Assembly (NCBI GenBank): GCA_009602725.1
Contig: WELB01000001.1
Span: 1-64,000 of the forward strand
Origin: Spirogloea muscicola
Taxonomy: Eukaryota
Direction: 5' to 3'
Length of the DNA stretch: 64,000 nt
Shown here: positions 25,362 to 38,899 of the stretch, in pieces
Position numbering within the stretch: position 1 is the stretch's first letter
Layout of the letters: each line of letters begins with the position of its first letter
Made by a program: the position numbers and the translations under genes
The notes under the pieces: generated by a model
What the model was told of the DNA's origin: nothing
The model's database searches: none
What the model saw: the letters and a program-made list of their open reading frames with translations, nothing else

Positions 25362-25797
25362 TATGGCGCCCATCAGCTGTCATACTTTGCCACGATCTTG
25401 ATTGGGCTGCGGGCAATGTCTGCATATGCCTTGCGCGTGCTTTACCAAGGAAGTAAGCGCAGTTCTCGACTGCTTGAAATATCTGTAGTCTTGCCACAGA
25501 CGAGTAATGCAATCCATTGTGAGTAGAGCTTCTCTTGGCTGTAAATGTACACCACAGTTGGACTTAAGACACCATAGATTACACTTACAGCTTTATCTCC
25601 GCCAGTATTTCTGACACATACAGCTTGCAAAAAGGCACTTTTTCACATGGAGACAAAGTATACTCTTGACTATTTCAGGAGCTACTTACTTGCTGATGAT
25701 GTGCAAGCATCGCAGCCATGCATACTTCAAATAGATCAGAGAGGCAGAGTGATGATCTTTGAGACACTTGCGGTCTTGGCACTGAAACTAAGCGCTT

Positions 25798-26100
25798 GAA
25801 AAGAAAGTGGCTCTGCCAAAGGGTGGCAAGGCCAGCCCGGAAAGAAGTGACAAGGTCCGAAGGGGCCGAGCGCTTACTGACATTGTGCATTCCTTTGGGC
25901 TGGCCTCTACCAGCCACCAGTTAATGCTTGCTTTCTTACTAAAAGCTGGCCCGGTAGGATAACGACTTAGTGACCTCTAGTGAAGAGCCGCATATCAGCC
26001 AGCTGAGGAGGACCACCTAGTGGTGGGAATGGGAGAGAAACCCTTCTAGTACAGGGCGATGGCTGTGATTGGCAAGCCCAGAAAAAAGAAGGGGGAAAGG
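25798..26100. mobile_element. Cluster of retroelement 3'-end remnants
   Basis: aagaaagtggctc..gccagcccggaaag (minus), tttgggctggcctctaccagccacc (plus) and ggctgtgattggcaagcccagaaaaaag (minus) all carry the family hairpin motif. Confidence 0.65.
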
Positions 26101-26540
26101 CAGTAGAAGGCACGGCAAGGCTATCTCACTGTATGAGATGTCGGCTTCATGTATATCTTGACAGCTTCTCCTTGTATTTCAGTGACAGGGGGGAGCAGGC
26201 CGTAGCTTGACCAGACGACGCTGCTGTTGCTGCGACACCGGACTGCTGGCTGCGGAGCTTGCTGCGGCGAAGTAGAGGCAGCCACATCCGTGACAAGCGC
26301 CGTGGCATGCCCAGCCTGTGGTGCCGGCTGTGCTGGCGCAAGCGGGGCTGTCGCAGGAGCTCAACGTCAGGCGAGTGGGCGCTGCTGAGCTTTCACGGCA
26401 TGCCCACAAAACCGGACTGGGAGGTGTGCAAGCACCGAGGCTCACAGGTGACGGCGGCTGGGAGTGCCGCTGACATCCAGTGAGCCCAGTGCCGCAGGAC
26501 ACGCCGACCCCTTGAAGGCTGCGGCCCTCGCAGGCCAGGG

Positions 26541-29500
26541 ATGGTGAAGGAGAAGCAGAGGAGAGAGGAGGAGGAGAAGAGGGGGGAGGAGGAGGAGGAA
26601 GTGGAGGAGAAAGAAAATCGTGATGGTGGCGATGAGGTGATTCGCTTGCGGTCGCAGCAGCGCTTTGCGGCGCCCGGAGAGCCGACGTGCGTCGCCTGCG
26701 GACGCTTCGGCGCCTACATCTGCGACCAGGTGCCGCTGCCGGCGCTCTTACTCTGCGGCGTCAGGATAGCAAGCAAGGAAGATCAGGGCATGACATAAGC
26801 TTCAAAAGCAGAGTGGAAATATTGCTTCCAGCACTGCCTGGGCTGCCGCTGGTCTGGGGCTGGCGCTTGCGCTGGCATCGGCGCGCTAGTGCAGCCTTGC
26901 CTTGGTCATTAAGCCCTTCACGTGTGGCGGCAATGCACTGAGAGGCAGTATTTGCAGCTTTTGGGCCCCACAAGTCTTGACACATGGAAGCCTGGATTGC
27001 TGGGCCGGGTCAGACGGAGGTTGACGTGTGCAGCCTCGAGTGCAAGGCTGAGCACCTAGCCGATGTCACAGCCCCGACAGTGGAGGTAGCCAAGAGCTCT
27101 CCCGGTGCCAGCAATGGCCATCATCTCCCACTTGCTGTGCTTCACTCTTAGCGTGGAACATAGCAATAGCCTCTCGGTGGCATTGCACACGTGGGCCTAA
27201 TGTGGAGGCTGGCGTCAAGCATGCAAGCGAGTGAGTGAGCTGCGCTCGCCGGCTCATGACAGTCTGCAAACTTGGAGGAGCGCTAGAGGACTTGGGATTG
27301 CAACTGCGGAACAGCCACTGCAGCAAGAAAAAGACAGGGGCTACTGCTCTTCTGGTTGTTGGGCAACTGAGTTGCTGGCGCAAGCTTCTGACTCAAGCTT
27401 GGGATCCCTCTGTTGGCCACGATGCAGTGCGCTGGGCCGACTGTGGGCCCGATCGATGTGGCTGGCCCTGGCGAGGAGCCGCTGCAGCTGGCTGCGACTG
27501 CCGGTGCTTGGCCATGGCGGGCTTCTAAGCGCCACAGGACCATTGGAAATGCCTCAGCAGCTCCAGGCAACTGGTGCGTATCGTTGTGACCGACATGCTG
27601 TGGGCGAGCTCTCTTGTGTGCAACCCCTGCTTGACATAGTACGGCCATCCTGCTGGGTGAAGCGAGGTCTGCCATTTTCCTGGCCACTTCGCGGAGGACT
27701 GCACTGCACCAGCCGCTTTTAAGGTGCTGAAAGAATGAAAGCCCTTCTGCTTCACATTCTTTACCCTCATGTTTCGCATGTTTGGATGCCAATCGGTGCA
27801 CGGCCTCTGCTTTCCTTGGCCTGGCAACTCCTTGCCACTGAGTGCAGAACATCAAACTTTGTTGTTACTTTACTGGTTTGCAAACATGTTGTGCTATTTG
27901 CTGTCTACATACTCGTGTACTGTATGAAGCCGTGAGCTTTTGTGTCATATTGTCATCGTCAGCTGCAAGGAGCTAGACAAGTAGAGGCTCGTTATGCCTG
28001 CTGTTGACCTGATTGCTGGCTGCCATTAGATTGTACAAGTGGAGGCTCATTATATCAAGCACAGAAAGATCTCATCTTGTGTGAAAGTGGCAGAGAAGAT
28101 GGAGCAATCTACACGGTATGAGTCTTGCAACCTGCTACAACGAGCTTATCAATCAATTGCTCAGCTGACCTGTGTAACTCTCGGAACGACTATCCATCCT
28201 GCAAAAACTTGTAAAACCCAAGGAAGCTCTGAGCCGCGCAAGTTTCTTCTATGCATGTTCAGGTTGACGCTTGATGCTGATGCTGCTCGCTGCATGTGCA
28301 GCCTACTGAATCTTCCTGCGGTTGATTTGGCCATTGGTCCACTGTGGTCCTCAAAGCTGCAGACTACCAACTGCGAATGTGCGGTGCACAATTTGCGGCA
28401 GCAGGGAGGGGCTGGCACAGTGCATACAATGCTCTTCCAATTTTTGCAGCAGGTCAATGCAGCAGCTGTAGTAACAAGTAGAGGACCATCTTGACGTACA
28501 TGCTCAACTCTCGACCAACTTGCCATCGTTCAACACAAGTCAAAGCCTACTGATTAATCTCAAGTCCTCCCAATCGAAGCTGCCTGCTGAACGTCGCAAC
28601 TTGTGCTTCTTGGATGCTGCAGGGCAGGCCACCTACAGACGCACGTGCTGGCTTCTGAGTCACATGGCCACCTGTATTCTCACAAACTTGGCTGCCAGGT
28701 GGATCGGCCTGCTGGAAGTCTATGGCCTGACAGCCCACAAATAAGCTCTAGCATACCAGTGGCCAAGTGGCCTTAGGAAAGCCCACAACAAGTCTGTGCA
28801 GTCTGTCTCAGGGTTGTGATACTTGCAAACAAGTGGATGTGCCATCAGCAGCAGGCCAATATCATCAGTCAAGGGCATTGGTATGGTCTAGCTGTCTGCA
28901 GTAGACTCTTGAAGTCATTGCGTGAGTACTTGTTTGCTTCTGCGTAAGCTGGGGGGCGAATGACTGCAGGTGAGATGCTGCAAAGCGGGCTGCCCAATTA
29001 CAAGCATGTACCACTTGAAGGCCTGTCACCACTGCTGGACCAAGACACACAGCAATCACTACAACAGTACAAGTGGTCGCTGGTCTGTCTGCATATGCCA
29101 TCAAGTGGCTCAGTTCCTGCTTCACATCATATGCCAGCACCAAGCAAGCCCTTCACTTTGTTGTCGTTGAACACGCTTAACTTGCCTACAGCTCAGTCCA
29201 TGTTTGTGTCTGCCAGGCTTGGTTCTGAAATGATAGGATAGTTGATGGCTGCGATTGGCTATCCTTCCAGGAATGCGCTGGGCCTCAAACAACTCACAAA
29301 TGCAATTGCATGTGATGACCACTTTGAATGGTAAGTGTTCCCACATTGCCGAGTCAGAGGAACACAAGTACATACTGGGCACACATGTTATGCTAATAGA
29401 ACCTTCATCAGAGCTTGCGGAGTTGCAATGTTGTATTTGTAGACACCTTTCGAAGAGTCTCTTGTAGACACGTTCTAACACAGTCTGCCACTTAAGTAGC

Positions 29501-29690
29501 AGTAGTAACTGGCGTAGAAGATCCTTGCAAGCGTTTGACTGCAGTGTGGCCCAAGTTGTGTTATTCGTTGCCCTATGAGTGGTATTGCAGGCACCGGATG
29601 AATTGCATGCATGCGGATGTTGACGACAGTGGCCTCCTCGTGACAGCTGATGTGAAACTATGGAATAGTATCAGCCAATTCTTGTTTTAA
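26541..29690 (+). CDS. Multi-zinc-finger protein (zf-HIT, CCHC knuckle, Cys/His-rich C-terminal domain); uncharacterised plant family
   Basis: Spliced: GEPTCVACGRFGAYICDQ|TEVDVCSLECK (zf-HIT); C|EVCHFPGHFAEDC (CX2CX4HX4C); RCTICGSREGLAQCIQCSSNFCSR|AGHLQTHVLASESHGHLYSHKLGCQ|VRCCKAGC..CHHC..|IACDDHFEW|HRMNCMHADV..SQFLF* (TAA 29688-29690). The start ATG at 26541 is tentative. Confidence 0.85.
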
Positions 29691-30666
29691 CTAGCTCAGT
29701 CTGCAAGACATCTTCTGCAGCAGTGTTGTTAGTGCATCAAATTTGAAACCTCTTGATAACCGATTCAATCAAGAACGTTGGAGTAAGGACATTATTGCAT
29801 AAAGGTGGTGATGATCATGACGAGTGTCCAGAGCTTACAACAATGTCTTTACTCCCAACTTTCTGGTTTGAATTGGTTATACAAGAATCTCCTGATGAAA
29901 TACAGAGTTAAGTCCATTGATGAATGACCACGTGCCTCACTGGAACTGAGCTTGTGGTAAGTCTAGTGGAGAGGAGATTAAATGAGACCATAGTTGCCTG
30001 CCCACTACCTGCTTGCCAAACTCTCTGCTGAATCTGATGCAAGAGAACGACCTGACAGTCATACCACCCCCTCGCCTGCGTTAGCAGATGTCTTGGTGTA
30101 GATCTTGACAGCAAGTTACTTTATGCTTGGTGACTGGAGTGCGACACAGGTGTACATGTAACCCTCGGCACCGAGCTGATGTTCTTTGGAAAAAGCATTG
30201 TCTGTCACCAGGATCAGCTCAGATGCGATGTAGTAAATGAGCAGCGGCCCAACCACTTCTCTTGCAAGAGAAGTGGTTAAGTGTAGCAAGCACAAGGGCT
30301 CACCGTCATCCACAACAGTGCAAACAATCATTCACACAACCACAGCAACTGGAAGTGGCTTTGCCAAAAGAAATTCCATTTTTGCCAGATTGGTAATCTA
30401 CAAGATGCTCTTGCAAGCATGTGGAGGTGAGACCAGTGGCGGAGACCTGGACTGGAGAGGCGGCAGAGAGTGGGAAAAACGAGGGCTAAGGACGGGGGAG
30501 GGTGGCCAGCCACATGCTCTCATAAATCCAATAACAAATGGAGGGTGGAAAGGTGGAGAAGAACGAAGCGTTGTATGGCGACGGTGGTCTCAAGGGCAGG
30601 AGGTCTGGGATGAAAGTGGATACCCCGAAAGTCAGCTCCGCAAGCGAGCCAGTGGCGCCCAAGCGC

Positions 30667-33242
30667 TCAGCTGGGTGCGCCCAGCGGACTCCCTGCGACC
30701 TCGGCTTTGGGTGGTGACTCGACTGCTTTTCGCCACCGTCGGTAACTCAAGCCCAGTTTGTCATAGCCCACCGGGTGGTTCCACACGTTGGCGCCCCGCA
30801 CCATGCGGTCCTGCTGGCCCAGGACTAGTCTCAAGTCCTCGGCAAGAACCTGCAATTGTGGCATGTGTGCAGGTGAGACACTTGCCTCCCAACTGCTCAA
30901 GACATGTCCTTGACATTACCGTGTTGCAAATTCACCTGTGACGGCTAGATTCAGTATGGGCAAGTGCGCCCATTGTACCGCAAGTGCAAATGTAAGTGTC
31001 AAACATTCCAACACCGGAGTTCCTTGCTTTATATCATGACGCAGTTGCATTTGTGAGCAACTGCCAAGTGCGTTGACACTAGAAGGTATGCAATAACTGA
31101 TCAAAGCTGGGCAAACCAGTCTGGCAAAGCAGTACCTGGTTGGCGAGGTGCTGCCAAAGGCGGTCAATGAAGGGGATGTACTTCGCCCAGCTAGCGAAGT
31201 CAAGGCCCATGCGGTAGAGGAGGCGGGTTTTGCCCCGCGACGATGGCATGCAGACGTGCAGTTGATGGAGGTGCTTGGCACACTCGGCAGCGCTCTTGCC
31301 CTCCAGCTTTCCAGGCTTGGACAACCCGATCGTCGACAACACGACACATGGGGGCCGGAACTCCATGTCTATTGGGTACGGGTCCCATGCGCCCTGCATT
31401 GCTGCTGCCGCTGCCGTCTTGAAGCGAACGAGGCTGTGACACCAACGCCGCAATGAGCTCAATTGGAGTCAGCTCAGTGATCGACAACTCTGGTGCAGCA
31501 GCACACCATCAATGTCCAGTCTACAGCCACCATGAGGACCTACCACAGGAGTCAATGTATGTTGTTGAGATGTATGCACCATACTTATACTGTTGCCAAT
31601 CCCTTGTACCTGCAGAAAAATGGCATGTGCGGAACATTCTATATCGCAGACCAAGCCGAGCGGCTGCGAACCAGACCTTGGAATGGCCCAGCCCTTGGCG
31701 AACGTGGTCGTGTGCGTGAATGGCGCGTGCGCAAGGTCAAGGAGGTTCTCCACCAGCAGGCCGTGCTCCACCGGTAACTCTAGCACAATCTGCAGCACGC
31801 ACCAAGCCGCTCACATGGTGCTCATTAGGACCCCGCCTCCGTTCTGGAGGATCGCGTGGCTACCTGGTAGGGTGCTCACAGACTGGACAAGTTTCACATG
31901 CGGCGCCTGTGAGGGAGTTCCCAGTGGCACAAGCTCGGAAGGTCACCTCAGCATGGATCGTGTATTCGTCTGGTGGATTGAGGCATGGCAGCTTCTCGCT
32001 GGCCTGGTCGACACCGGGCCAGATCCACACCAAGCCGTCCTGCTCCACGCACGGCATTGCCTTGACGCTCGCAGTGCTCTGCCGCGTGGAGGGCATCTTC
32101 TCGCACTCGCCGCTCACTGAGTACTCCCAGCCTGGACGCGACCGCGACTTGCTAAGACCTCACAATGCAGCACAAGTACAGGAAGCCATCTTCGCCCAAC
32201 TTCGTCTGAGCCTCCAATGACATTGAGCTATGCTAGCCTCAGCTGCTCCCCTGATCCTTGATCAGTGACTGCAGCTACTGATGGCAGGAAGTTGGGAGTT
32301 GCATTGCTCTGATAGTCAATTGAAGGCTGCAAGAGCATCCCAGAGGGAGTAGCGGCAAGGACACTGACCATGATAAGGGCACTGGACGCGGCCGTCCACT
32401 ACTGTGCCAAGGGAGAGCGGGCAGGCCCGGTGCGCGCACTCGTCCTGGATGCACCCAGGTGAGCCGTCGGCGCCTCGGAAGAGCACCCACGGCTCCTCGA
32501 AGCACTCAAACGGGATCTGCTAGGGCAGGCGAGAGGAGCTCGCCGAGGATAAGGCCCAGAAGCTGGCTGCCAGCCCTCACGGCAGCTCCAGCATTGCGCT
32601 GGCTCTACTGAACCTCAATCAAAGGCACGCTCGGTCGGGACCACTGAGGCTGCCACGCTTGCTTGACAACGGTGGCAGCCATCAGTGGCAGCTGGAGCAA
32701 TGGGGGGCTAACCAAGGTCTTGTCGTCGAGTTGCCGGGAGAAGGCGGCAGGGAACCAGAAGTTCTTGAGCTCCGCAGGGTAGGGCTGCACGGGCCCCGAC
32801 ACGTCCAGGGACCCTACCCTGGACAGCGCGGCGAGCCGCGCGGCGCTGCTGCTGGGAGAAACCGCCGCCGGCTCCTCCGGAGCCAGCACCGCAGCGCCGC
32901 CGGCGGCAGCCGGCACCGCGCTGCTACAGGCGGCGCCCTGCCCGAGACCGCCACCGGCGCGCCNATCAGTCGGGCTCTGCCGGTTTCTTACCGGCATCTC
33001 GCCGACAGCTGACCTCCCTGCGTCTCACTACCCGCTCTCCCCGTTGTCACGTGTATAGCTCATGTGTTGCTTTTGTTTAGTGTCGGCCAGCGTGAGCCAC
33101 CTTGCCTTCCCCTGCATCCTGCTTCGTCGTGCTGCGGCAGCTGCGGCGGCGGCTGCGGCGGCGGCGACGGCGGCGGCGACGGCGGCGGCGACGGCGGCGG
33201 CGACGGCGGCGGCGGGAAGTTGGCTCAGGAGACGGCAGCCAT
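30667..33242 (-). CDS. CAO: Chlorophyllide a oxygenase (Rieske non-heme iron oxygenase); 5' part interrupted by N at 32964
   Basis: [21 protein letters not shown], Rieske [20 protein letters not shown], mononuclear Fe site [27 protein letters not shown] and [18 protein letters not shown]. Stop at 30669-30667. Confidence 0.97.
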
Positions 33243-33747
33243 GGCCGCCGTCGCGGGGAGGGGACGAAAAGCGCACCGCTTCTCACATTCTGGCTCAGAC
33301 CCGAGCTTCCCCCCCACCCGGGGTGCCACGTCACCGGCTGGCCGGATTGCCGAGCGCCAGGGTGGCCGCCCGCGCGTGCCACAGCGGCTCCGCAGTGGCT
33401 GGGGCAACCCCCCTGGATCTCCACGACCAATCCGCAACCGGGATCGCCGCCACGCGCCGGCCGCGCGCCCGCCACGGTGGCGCGCCGGCCTGGGCCTCCT
33501 GATTGGCCGCGGATCCCGCGCAAGGCCGCCGCCCGGGCGCCGCGTGGCCACTCAGTCCCGGGCCGCACCACGGCCGTCCGATGCGCTTGTGCGTGCCGGC
33601 GCTTTTCCCTGCCGGCGCGTCTGGACGGGCCCCCTGGACTTGGTGTGCCCTGTTCACACGCGCCACAGGTGCCCCTCACCGCACTCGCAAGTCAGGAAGC
33701 CATGACCTACTGATCCACTACCTTGTATTCACTACCCTCAGATTGGA

Positions 33748-34065
33748 CGAAGAAGTGGCCCTCGCAATGGGGGCACTTTCTTCGGGCCTGGACAAGCCAG
33801 CCCGAAGGAATATACGAAGGATCGAAGGGGCCAAATGACGGAGGGACGAGCTTCCTCTATTGGATGGGCATATTGAGCACGCAGTGGCCACTTGGGTCAT
33901 TCTTTCTCAGGGCTGGCCACTCCCAGCCATCGCTGAGACAGTCTTTCTTCCACTTGTGTCGCTGTGTGTTGTAGCATTTTTCTGGCCCCTTCGCCTTTCT
34001 ACAATCTATTCCTGGGCTGGCCAATCACAGGCATCGTCCTCTATGGAAGAGTCTCTCTCTTCACT
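33748..34065. mobile_element. Cluster of retroelement 3'-end remnants
   Basis: gaagaagtggccctcgcaatggg..caagccagcccgaagg (minus); gggctggccactcccagcc and ctgggctggccaatcacagg (plus). Confidence 0.6.
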
Positions 34066-34912
34066 AGAAGGGCGTACGTGGTGGAGCCTAAGCAGCAGCG
34101 CGGCAAGCAAACGGGCCACTTTCTTTGGGAGGAATGTGGGCCGACTACAGACTAGCTGGATACCCCAAGAAATCAGGAGCAATGCTTCAATTGACATCAT
34201 GACACGAGCTAGATGCGGCGGGCAGTCAGCCGCATGTACGGAGGTGCATTCAAGTGCCAAAGTTAGGATGTAGGTTCGAGATACTGTGGGCTTCGGATTA
34301 CTGGTATTAGCAGAAGAGCAGCCTTTACCGCAAGTGGGTCAAGAGTGAGAGCCCCAACTCTCCAATGTGCGGCGTGTTAGGTCAAAGATGTGAAGAGTCA
34401 CAAGTGCTTTAGTACAGATAGTCACTGTCCGTTGGATCCGTTGATAGCTGATACAGATTTCCTCTCTATTGCGATGACATCAGTATGGAGTCAGTTGCAA
34501 TACTGCGCTGCGTATTCTTGCAAACCATCAATTTAATTCCCATCGCTGACGCTCCTCAGAATAAAGACCAGACTCAGTGATTAATTTGTTTCCAGGCCAA
34601 CAAGCCAGGGCTGGATTTCTGTGCTGAATTACTGGGGCTCAGTATCAAAAGTTATCAGTTGGCAGTTGTTGGCTGCTGCCACAAAGTTCAGCTTCACCAG
34701 GGTCGGGATCTGCTTATTCTGCCTCTGAAATTCAAGCACATATCCATGATCACCACGACGGGTCCATGGGCCACGCATATCGTCACATAGTTACTAGTGG
34801 TGGCAGCGAGGCCACTGTCGTCTGGAGCTCATGGCATTGCCTGACTGCTTGCTCAGGCAGACCTGAAGGCTACTCACGCAACGTCTCGTATTCCCATACA
34901 GCACAGCGACCG

Positions 34913-37000
34913 TCACATTACCACACACTTGGGCTGGACTCTGTGATGCCTTCGTTGCTTCAAAGTGGACTGCCTAGTGCCGTTGCCCTTGAATGGCTTC
35001 TTCTCCAGCACCGGAACTTCGCCTGCCGTACTTTTCGACTGCACACAGGTGCTGCGATGAGTTTAATGAGCACAACACTGATTGACCTGCATCATGTGAG
35101 GGTATTGTTGTAAGATATACTACTGCTCAAGCCTCTGAAAATGGTCAGATACAGGAACTCGGCACCTACTTGAGCTGCAATGACGTCCTCTTCCTTAAAA
35201 TCACTTGCTTCAGGCCAAGAAGGTCGCCCCCCAAGCCTTGTGGGTGTGGGCTGCTTAGGTGGTGGTTCCTGGCGCCTCCCAAGTTGAGTGACTACAAGCG
35301 GCTTGAGTGGTTGCTCCTGTCGCCTGCCAAGCTCAGTGATAACCAGCTGCTTGGGTGGCTGCTGATTTGATGGCTCCTGTTTCAGGGCTCCTGTAGGTGA
35401 AGCAGTCTTCATCTCGCATGTAATCAAAGTTTGTCCAAAGGAGATGGTCATCAGCTTTTTGCAGCCACATACGGAATTAGTAAGCCACTTGAACACGTGC
35501 TTCAAAGCATGCGCGTTATGACCAGCCTACTACTTGTACTGGTGGTTACTTGCATGTGTACCTATGGTATTGCTAGTGTTCATAGCCCGCTGAAATTATG
35601 ATGTAAGGCTAAATGTTGGCATGTCAAGGTTCACGGGGTGCACCTGCAAACTAGCAAGCCTCTTTTCCAAGTATGCGACGCGGTCAAGGACGGTGCTTGC
35701 TCTACCACTCTTCACCTCGGTGGCCAGCTCACTACTGGTGTGCAAGGTCTTTCTGTCAACAATGTTGGGTGTCGGAGGGCCAGAAATAGGAAAGTCCAAA
35801 GGGGAAGACGGACTTGCAGCAGCCGCCAGAGCAGCAAGCTGCATGCAGAAGACCACCAATCTTAGCTGCCTTCAATCGCCTCACGTCAGTACGACCCATT
35901 CAGTCGCCTGGGACAGCACCAAGATTGTCGAATTGCCTCATAACTTTGTCGAATTGCCTCATAACTTCAGTGATTGGCTGACTGGTGGAGGAAACTTATA
36001 GTGCAAGCATTGTCATGATTGCACTTGCTGCAGATACATATCTGGACCTCAAGAGCTGCAACTCGCGCAAGCAGAGGGGTCGTTGGGGTTGGCGGAGCGC
36101 TCGTAGCCCGCAGCTCAGCAACGCTCCTTGCGTCACCTGCAGTGCCCTGCTCTGAAGCAACTGGGGTTGATGGAGGGGAATGGGGTTTGCCATTCTTGGA
36201 TTCTGCAGCCTGCCGCTTGCGGTTGCCTGTCAAGACCTTGAGGCCAGGTACACTTTCTGAGGCTCGCTGCACGGCCTCCTTGGCCTCCTTCTCTGCATGC
36301 TCTACCTTCTCGGCCAACTTCACACGCAGCCCTGTGCCGCTGCTGGCCTGTCGCTGTTCCTCTTGCTTTCGGTCAACCTGCTCTTCTGATCCTCGCTCGT
36401 GGGACCGCAGTCCTGGGACGACATGCGAGACCTTCTCCCTGGCGTGCTCAGCAGTGGTGACCAGCTTGTCCTTCGCTTGCTCTGCCTTCTCGACCAGCTT
36501 ATCCTTCGCTTGCTCAGCTTTCTCGAAAATGAGCTTCTTCGGACCATGCTGGCCTTGTCTTCGCCTATCTGCACCATTGCTCCTTGTGCCGCCTAGAATG
36601 ACTATCTCATGTTTATGCTGCCCTTGTGTGCCTCGCGCTCCTAGGATGACGACTTCGTCTTTCTGCAGCCTGTGAGCCTTGTTGTCAGATTTGCTGTTAC
36701 GTGTGGTATTTGCTGGAGTTGTTGGCTCACGAGCCCCTGATAGCCCTTGTCGGCGGGTAGTTGATCCAAGGAAGCGGGCCACAAATCCTGGCTTCCTGCC
36801 TTTTGCAACATTGTGTCTTTTTGCTGGAGATTGGGTATCGGCACCTGCACGGGCTTGCTGTCGTCCTGTGAGCAAATAAGACAGCGAAGCGTGTCAAGCG
36901 CAGCAATTTATTGAACGTAGCTGCATATGCCACCCAGTTCAGTGTAATTGTTTCTGAACTTTGTAGCAAGCCCTCGTAACTTCTTCAAAGCCACATTCAT
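34913..37000 (-). CDS. Hydrophilic LEA-like repeat protein with a C-terminal polybasic CaaX (CVVM) motif
   Basis: Tentative model: MNVALKKLRG..ELG|RQQAR..EKAEQAKDKLVEKAEQAKDKL..PLLARVAALE|..TVLDRVAYLEKRLASLQ|EPSNQQ..IAAQ|SKSTAG..KQRRHHRVQPKCVVM* (TGA 34915-34913), with GT-AG joins. Confidence 0.7.
35925..35966. repeat. Perfect 21-bp tandem duplication in an intron
   Basis: ttgtcgaattgcctcataact occurs twice in direct succession. Confidence 0.9.
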
Positions 37001-37889
37001 GTCAATTGACACCAAGAAACACACAACTGACTATACATGTTTCAAGGGCGTCTTTCCTCTAGTACAAGTCACACGCCTTGTGTCACTGCACAGCTGCACG
37101 TGTACGACCTGGCATGTTGGCTCTGTTTGATAGTGGTGATGAGCTGACACAGGTAAGAGACGCGAGGAAGCTGCATTACCTGGCTCTGCTGTTGAAATGC
37201 CTTGCTTGTTGACGACCAGAGTCATATTACCTCGATGTGGCACCTCAATGGTCAAGAAACGGATGCAAGCCTGCAGATGTGCTCGCTCTTCAGCAAAAGC
37301 AATCTTTCATAACTGCCTGCATCGATGTGTAGGCTGTCATGCAATATTGAGCGTGTCAACATGTGAATGCGCGGCAAGCAAAAGCGAGCGGTAGAGTTGA
37401 AGGGGTCAAAACTCGACGAGAGCGACAGACCTGAGCAGCTTCTGTCGACCTCGGCGATGGAGGAGCGTCAGACAGCGGAAGGGGATGCGGTGGGTCGCAG
37501 CGCAGCCACGCCGGTTGTGGCTTGCAGTCAGGACGGGAGGCCCGTGCTCGTCTTAGCAGCTGCTGCTGCCGCGCGCCCTCGGAGGCTGCGGACTGGCCAA
37601 AGCGCGCGCAGCGGCGGCGGCGGTTGTGAATGGCGGCGGCGAGGCGGGCGGGAAAGTAGCTAAGGAGGTGGCGGTGGGGAGCGGCAGCGGCGCGAATTGG
37701 CCGACGGATTCCGCGCGGGCAGATGCGGCGCACCCGCGGGCGTGGTGACGGGGGGGATGTGTCTTGGTTGCCCGGCGGGTTCGATTATAAGTTGTGATTG
37801 TTGAGATGACGGGCATGCAGGCCGTGTCGATCGGCGTTCTGGGGCTGGGGCTGCATGCATGCAGGCGCCAAAAGGGGAGAGGGGTATGA

Positions 37890-38125
<236 letters not shown>

Positions 38126-38899
38126 AGGGAGGGAGGCAGGGAGAGAACGAGCGAGCGAGGGAGAGGCACCGCCGGCGCAACACAGCTCGGCGGCGTGCGA
38201 GCTCCATGCACACGGCCTGGGGCTGCAGCTCGGCCTGCCCGCGGCCCGCCACCCAGCTCGAACCTCCTCCCAGCTGGGCGCCGCGCTGCAGGATCTGAGA
38301 GCAATAGCCCCATCAGACCGTATCTCGCCTCTGCTTCGGCCCCTGCGCCACGCCGCTTGCTGGAGCGCCTGCGCAGGCAGCGCCGCCGTGCCCGACTGCA
38401 GCTGCTGCATCGCCAGAGGTTGGGTCTGCGAGGGAGTCGGCGGCGGGACCAAGGCCGCGGAGCGACGGGCGGACTCTCGAACCCGAATCTCAGATCAGGT
38501 CCGCCAGGCTCTTTCCTGCGCTGCTTGGAAGCTCGGAGCTCGGAGCAAGCGGCCTGACCAGCTGGACAGGGCCAGGAGTAAGGTCACCTGCGTGCACTAC
38601 TGAGTTGCCGTGAGGAAGTCAGCTCCGCAGCAGCAACATGCGCCTTCTATACACCGCTACTGGTCAAGAGCCGCTGTGAATGCTCTTGCACAGCGACAGA
38701 GGCACACACATTGCCACCATACGTGCAAGTCAGCTCAAATTCCACGTCCTCCACAACTTTTCTGCTGCTAAGCTCTTACGAGGAGTCACAGTTGCCTCAC
38801 ATTGCTATTAGTTAGAAACTTTACTGCGAGCAGCAGTGCTCCCTCAAGTTGCTGATGCAGCTGTCTTGTCAATGTTCAGTGACAGATTCCCGAGTAGGA

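Noticed and set aside
26541..27080. DEAD-box helicase RH41/DDX59
   Set aside because: Only the zf-HIT is shared; no helicase motifs follow.
34230..34300. GGTTCGA T-loop-like motif suggesting a tRNA or SINE head
   Set aside because: I could not build a cloverleaf or find an A box.
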